Shown here in pieces: positions 60,345-64,000 of a stretch of DNA of 64,000 bases. Numbering within the stretch: the stretch's first letter is position 1; every line of letters starts with the position of its first letter. Under the pieces are notes generated by a model. That model saw nothing but the letters and a program-made list of their open reading frames with translations. It made no database searches and was not told the origin of the DNA. The stretch spans positions 46,409 through 110,408 of the forward strand of contig JAHIOQ010000051.1 of the NCBI GenBank assembly GCA_018895275.1, written 5' to 3'. The position numbers and the translations under genes were made by a program. This stretch comes from Candidatus Omnitrophota bacterium. Its GTDB lineage: Bacteria; Omnitrophota; Gorgyraeia; B26-G9.

Positions 60345-61844
60345 TTACTCCTGTTCGATAGCAACATTAATTTTTTGCCGCAGTATTAGGCTTCTTTTGG
60401 TTAATTCTTCGATTCGCTTTGCTTCCGCTTTGATCACAGCACTCTCTTTATCGATTTCGATAATATGCGGCGTAATAAATACAACCAGTTCCTGTTTGAC
60501 TTTTTCTTTAACGTCATTACGGAAGAACAGCCCGAGAAGCGGAATATCGCCGAGCAGCGGCACCTTGTTAACCGTTGTCTTATTTGAATCTTTTATCAAG
60601 CCGCCCAATATAACCGTATCGGAGTCTTTCACCATCAAAGTCGTGTCCGCCTGGGTCGTATCCACGGCCAAGGCATTATCTACCTCAGGGACACGGCGAG
60701 CTGAGCTGACCTCCGGATGAATCTTCATAATCACAAAGCCGCTTTCGGTAATTGTCGGCGTAACTATCAGTTTAATACCCACATCCAAAAACTTTGTTTC
60801 CGTTGTAATCAATCCGGTATCAACGTCCTTTTGCTGTACGGGATACGGTTCACTGCTGCCGACAAGGATACTCGCTTCTTTTCCGTCCATAACCACGATC
60901 CGCGGCGCGGAAAGCACATCGGTATCAGAGGAGGACTCCAGCATTTCCAGCACGGATTGATAATTCCGGCGGGAAAGCATGCCCACCTGAAAAATTCCGC
61001 CTGTGGTCAAATCCTGCGCAAAACTCCCTTTCAGGTCATACTTGCCTTTTAAGTACTCCCAGTCTATGCCTCTTTTTATATTCTTATCCAAAGTGACCTG
61101 CAGTATCTTTGCTTCGATAAGAACCTGTTTACTCTGGACGTCCCAGCCGCGGATAAGCTCATCGACATTCTCCAGAATAATCGGCGTTGCCCTTATAACC
61201 ACGCTATTCGTGCGTTCATCCGTAAATATCTCTCCCTTTTCCGCAGGAATAACCTGTTGGAGTTTAGTTTTTATATCCGCGGCCTGGGCAAAGATTAAGC
61301 GGTATTTTTTAAGAATCACCTCCAGATCAAGACACTGCACGGCAACCTCAATCTCGGAAATTTTTTCCAGGGTATCGGTTACGATTATCTGGTTGGCCTT
61401 CTCGTTTATTTCCACCCTGCCGCGGGGCGACTTAATCGACAATAAAGCCCGGCGCAAGTCGGACACACTCGCATGCTTTAGACTGTAAACCCTGGTTGTC
61501 GTTTTTGCAAAACGTTCTTCCTGCTGAATATTTTCATAGGAATACACATTAATAATATCCCCGGAACGCTCGTAAAAATAATTATTGGCCTTTAGCACAG
61601 CTTTAAGTGCCGCATCCAGGGAAACGTCCCTCAATACCAGGCTTACGGTTCCGGAGATTCCGTCACTGACCACAAGGTTGATATTGGTTTGTTCGGCAAT
61701 TGATTTTAAGACAGAAACAATATCCGCGTGTTCCGCCTCGATGGAGATAAGCTTTTCCGCGGAGAATACATTTGTGAAAGAGTACGCATAGAGGAAAAAA
61801 ACCGATAGTAAAACGGCACAAAATCCCTTTTTCACTTTCAACAT
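60345..61844 (-). CDS. secretin family outer-membrane channel (GspD/PilQ-like)
   Basis: The C-terminal secretin signature is VILGGLIKD...VNKVPLLGDIPLLGLFFRN...ELVVFITPHII. The N-terminus has an N0-like domain and a signal peptide. Confidence 0.7.
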   Translation of the reverse strand: MLKVKKGFCAVLLSVFFLYAYSFTNVFSAEKLISIEAEHADIVSVLKSIAEQTNINLVVSDGISGTVSLVLRDVSLDAALKAVLKANNYFYERSGDIINVYSYENIQQEERFAKTTTRVYSLKHASVSDLRRALLSIKSPRGRVEINEKANQIIVTDTLEKISEIEVAVQCLDLEVILKKYRLIFAQAADIKTKLQQVIPAEKGEIFTDERTNSVVIRATPIILENVDELIRGWDVQSKQVLIEAKILQVTLDKNIKRGIDWEYLKGKYDLKGSFAQDLTTGGIFQVGMLSRRNYQSVLEMLESSSDTDVLSAPRIVVMDGKEASILVGSSEPYPVQQKDVDTGLITTETKFLDVGIKLIVTPTITESGFVIMKIHPEVSSARRVPEVDNALAVDTTQADTTLMVKDSDTVILGGLIKDSNKTTVNKVPLLGDIPLLGLFFRNDVKEKVKQELVVFITPHIIEIDKESAVIKAEAKRIEELTKRSLILRQKINVAIEQE

Positions 61845-61973
61845 CCCTCTCCTTGGGTTAAAATAATGCTACGGATTTTATTATACAAAAAATTTATCAT
61901 AAGTCAATCTTTTTATTCCCGAGCTATTTCCGCTGTAAAAAATTTTAGCAATAATTGTTAATTGTTTTCCTTA

Positions 61974-62185
61974 TTACTTAACAACACTTCCCACAGCAAC
62001 ATCCTTATCCGGTGAAATTATCACAATTTTATCAACATCGGAAGCCGCCAAAAGCATCCCCTGGCTCTCCACTCCGCGCAGCACCGCCGGTTCAAGATTG
62101 TTGATAATCACAACCTGTTTATTAATAAGCTCTTCTTTAGTATAAAACAATTTTATCCCGGCAACAATCTGTTTAACCTGAATAG
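61974..62185 (-). pseudogene. truncated tRNA-binding domain gene fragment (CsaA / MetG C-terminal type)
   Basis: The minus strand encodes VKQIVAGIKLFYTKEELINKQVVIINNLEPAVLRGVESQGMLLAASDVDKIVIISPDKDVAVGSVVK followed by a stop. This matches the C-terminal half of the OB-fold tRNA-binding domain. An in-frame stop lies immediately upstream and there is no start codon. Confidence 0.6.
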
Positions 62186-62339
62186 GTTATGCGTTCAACT
62201 TAATTTTTCTAAAACATAGATTATATTAAAGCATCAGAAAGACTGTAATCTTAAAAAGCTTACGCCGTAGTCAGCATTTCGTGGGTACAGCGAAAGTGTA
62301 TCCATTTATCACGAAATAGGCAAAGCTGATTACGCGTCT

Positions 62340-62978
62340 TCATCGGTTAACCTTTGTTTTTTTCATCACGCATCCGGCCAAAAGTCCCATGCCCCACAAC
62401 AGCAGGCTTGAAGGCTCAGGGATAACGGCAATAGTCGTGCCGAACGTATCTCCCAATATTTCCGTGAAATTATCCGCTCCGACAAGCGTCGTATCTTTTA
62501 TCGGCGTACCTTCGGTATCAAACCAGATCAAGGTACCGGTTGTTGTATTTAAGGCCTCAAACGTAATCGTCGCAAATGTCCCGCTGCTGTTCAGGGGCGG
62601 ATCAAGTAAACCGACGGCCGCCTGATAATTGATTTCTCCCAGGGTGTTATCAACAGCATTCTCAAAATATTCTCCAAAAGAAAAGTTGGAATGATACGCG
62701 GCATCCGAAATATTCGTATCCGGACCGGTGATTCCGCTTCCGTCCTCGCCCGGGTCTATCACCTTTAAATACGACGGAATGAACTTGATCCAGTTTAAAA
62801 GATTTGTGAACCCCTCCTCCTGCGGATTTTCCAGGACCACATCAACCGTAAACTGCTCTCCCACATCCACATTTTGTTTCGACGGAACAAGCCGTAAATC
62901 AGGCGCGGCATTACTATCCCGCGAAAAACCGATGAGACATACTGCCATTACTATTAAGATAATACCCACGTTCTTCAT
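62340..62978 (-). CDS. PEP-CTERM sorting domain protein
   Basis: The C-terminus AVIPEPSSLLLWGMGLLAGCVMKKTKVNR has the PEP motif, a TM helix and a basic tail. The start is at MKNVGIILIV with a GGGAGG Shine-Dalgarno. Confidence 0.8.
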   Translation of the reverse strand: MKNVGIILIVMAVCLIGFSRDSNAAPDLRLVPSKQNVDVGEQFTVDVVLENPQEEGFTNLLNWIKFIPSYLKVIDPGEDGSGITGPDTNISDAAYHSNFSFGEYFENAVDNTLGEINYQAAVGLLDPPLNSSGTFATITFEALNTTTGTLIWFDTEGTPIKDTTLVGADNFTEILGDTFGTTIAVIPEPSSLLLWGMGLLAGCVMKKTKVNR

Positions 62979-63085
62979 AATTATCCTCCCTCTCGTAAAT
63001 ATGGTATTGTCAAAACTTAACCACAGAAGCACGGAAATATGGAAAAGGTCAATTCACTACTCTTTTTATTTTTAACACCCCTTTA

Positions 63086-63296
63086 GCACAAGTTAATAGG
63101 ACGCAGATTTTCGCAGATAAATCAGGATTAAAAAATTCTATCATCATTGCATTCTCATAAACCCTCTCCAAAAAACCATATCCAAGTTTGTTATAAACTA
63201 TATAGAAAATTTTGATGATTTTCTCAGTTAGCTCTTTATTCTTAAAATCTTGATAATCTGCGCTCATCTGCGTCCAAAAAGGAAATTCCTATACAA
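63086..63296. mobile_element. miniature TIR-bounded element, copy B, carrying a 5' GxxExxY gene fragment
   Basis: TIRs at 63099-63136 and 63238-63275. An internal minus-strand ORF (63136-63267) reads MSADYQDFKNKELTEKIIKIFYIVYNKLGYGFLERVYENAMMIEF, then runs into TIR sequence. Confidence 0.6.
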
Positions 63297-63301
63297 TTTA
63301 A

Positions 63302-64000
63302 TTAAATTGCTCCTGCTTTTCCGTAATTGGCACGTAATATCCCATAATCCTGCCAGGCGACAAATCCATCTGCATTAAAATCAGCCCGGCTGTCCCATCT
63401 GGCGTCGCCTTTTTTAGTTCCATAGCTATTACGCAAGATTCCATAATCCTGCCAGGCTACATAGTTATCATTGTTGGCGTCTCCGCCGAGCAAAGAAAAC
63501 CCCACATCTGCGGTAAGCCCGCTGTGCGCGATAGAAAGATTAGAGATTCTTGCCCTTAAACAGTTGGAGGTTTTCGCCGTCAGGTCATATGTGCCGGACG
63601 GAACTCCCTCGAGAATATAGCTGCCGTCCAGCGAAGCCTGTGCCTGAAATGTTTTTATTGCCGTTGTTTGTCCCAGATAATGCAATTCAAAAGTTACTGT
63701 TTCCGAATGGTCATTGCGTGCCTGCAGCCTCACTTTTCCGGAAACCTTTCCTCCGGAATTCGTTTCTAACACGCTCACCGCCGGAGACGCGCCATGGATA
63801 TTTACCCGATAATAACGGATCGGTATCTGGTCCGGATGCGTAGCGGTAAGCGATCCGTCATCAACCCACGCCGTACGTCCGACATCCGATGCAGGTATAT
63901 TCTGCAGCGCGGAACTCCAGCTTGCACCGTTATCACTATAAAAAACATCGTAGGAAATCCCCGGATAACTTTCCCAGCTGATTTGCATATTGCCGCTCGC
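63302..64000 (-). CDS. secreted protein with a carboxypeptidase-regulatory-like domain and C-terminal dockerin-type repeats (partial, continues beyond window)
   Basis: The C-terminal duplicated segments GDANNDNYVAWQDYGIL and DFNADGFVAWQDYGIL resemble dockerin calcium-binding repeats. GKVSGKV...SGTYDL resembles a CarbopepD_reg fold. Confidence 0.45.
   Translation of the reverse strand, partial: ASGNMQISWESYPGISYDVFYSDNGASWSSALQNIPASDVGRTAWVDDGSLTATHPDQIPIRYYRVNIHGASPAVSVLETNSGGKVSGKVRLQARNDHSETVTFELHYLGQTTAIKTFQAQASLDGSYILEGVPSGTYDLTAKTSNCLRARISNLSIAHSGLTADVGFSLLGGDANNDNYVAWQDYGILRNSYGTKKGDARWDSRADFNADGFVAWQDYGILRANYGKAGAI

Noticed and set aside
62279-62325. Hairpin ATTTCGTG...CACGAAAT downstream of the PEP-CTERM gene as a rho-independent terminator
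   Set aside because: It has an 8-bp stem with a roughly 21-nt loop and no following U-tract on the transcribed strand, so it does not meet intrinsic terminator criteria.

Overview
The window looks like a 64 kb chromosomal segment of an uncultivated bacterium, with nearly all genes on the minus strand. Bases 1-11.3 kb are ordinary housekeeping: the secD 5' end, yajC, the queuosine genes tgt-queA-queH, ruvB-ruvA-ruvC, a YebC-family regulator, a prepilin-type pilin, an EF-G paralog and an NSS-family transporter. Bases 11.6-23.6 kb hold an unusual, translationally coupled cluster. It contains four B12-binding radical SAM enzymes, one radical SAM/SPASM enzyme, a GT-C (PMT_2/ArnT-like) glycosyltransferase fused to TPR repeats, a small DPM1/ArnC-like GT2, a NodB-type deacetylase and an FAD oxidoreductase. 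Next come rpoN, a TolB-like secreted protein, and pyruvate kinase translationally coupled to an upstream PilZ gene. An ABC-exporter/transglutaminase-like operon follows, then a small island (RHH-MazF toxin-antitoxin plus a GxxExxY gene), a second PilZ gene, and an 807-aa protein with a GspK-like pseudopilin N-terminus. From 36.6 kb to the end is an exosortase/PEP-CTERM exopolysaccharide locus. It holds two PEP-CTERM proteins, EpsI, an exosortase with a CSG motif, a TPR lipoprotein, an orphan MNT nucleotidyltransferase, a WecA/MraY-like initiating transferase, WecB, a methyltransferase, an XrtA-type polysaccharide deacetylase, six GT2/GT4 glycosyltransferases, a GH20-like secreted protein, a Wzy-like polymerase and a Wzx flippase. 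It ends with an unusual secretin - Wzz-like - BY-kinase operon. Non-genic structure includes three TIR-bounded miniature elements carrying 5' fragments of GxxExxY genes, and a recurring 13-nt motif GTG[CT]CTT[CG]GTGGC at seven or more intergenic sites (upstream of both PilZ genes, EpsI and GxxExxY). A recombination scar (57761-58022) carries degenerate duplicates of the mazF 3' end and a wzx segment. There is also a truncated tRNA-binding-domain gene fragment and two sigma70-like promoters. No rRNA, tRNA or CRISPR was seen.
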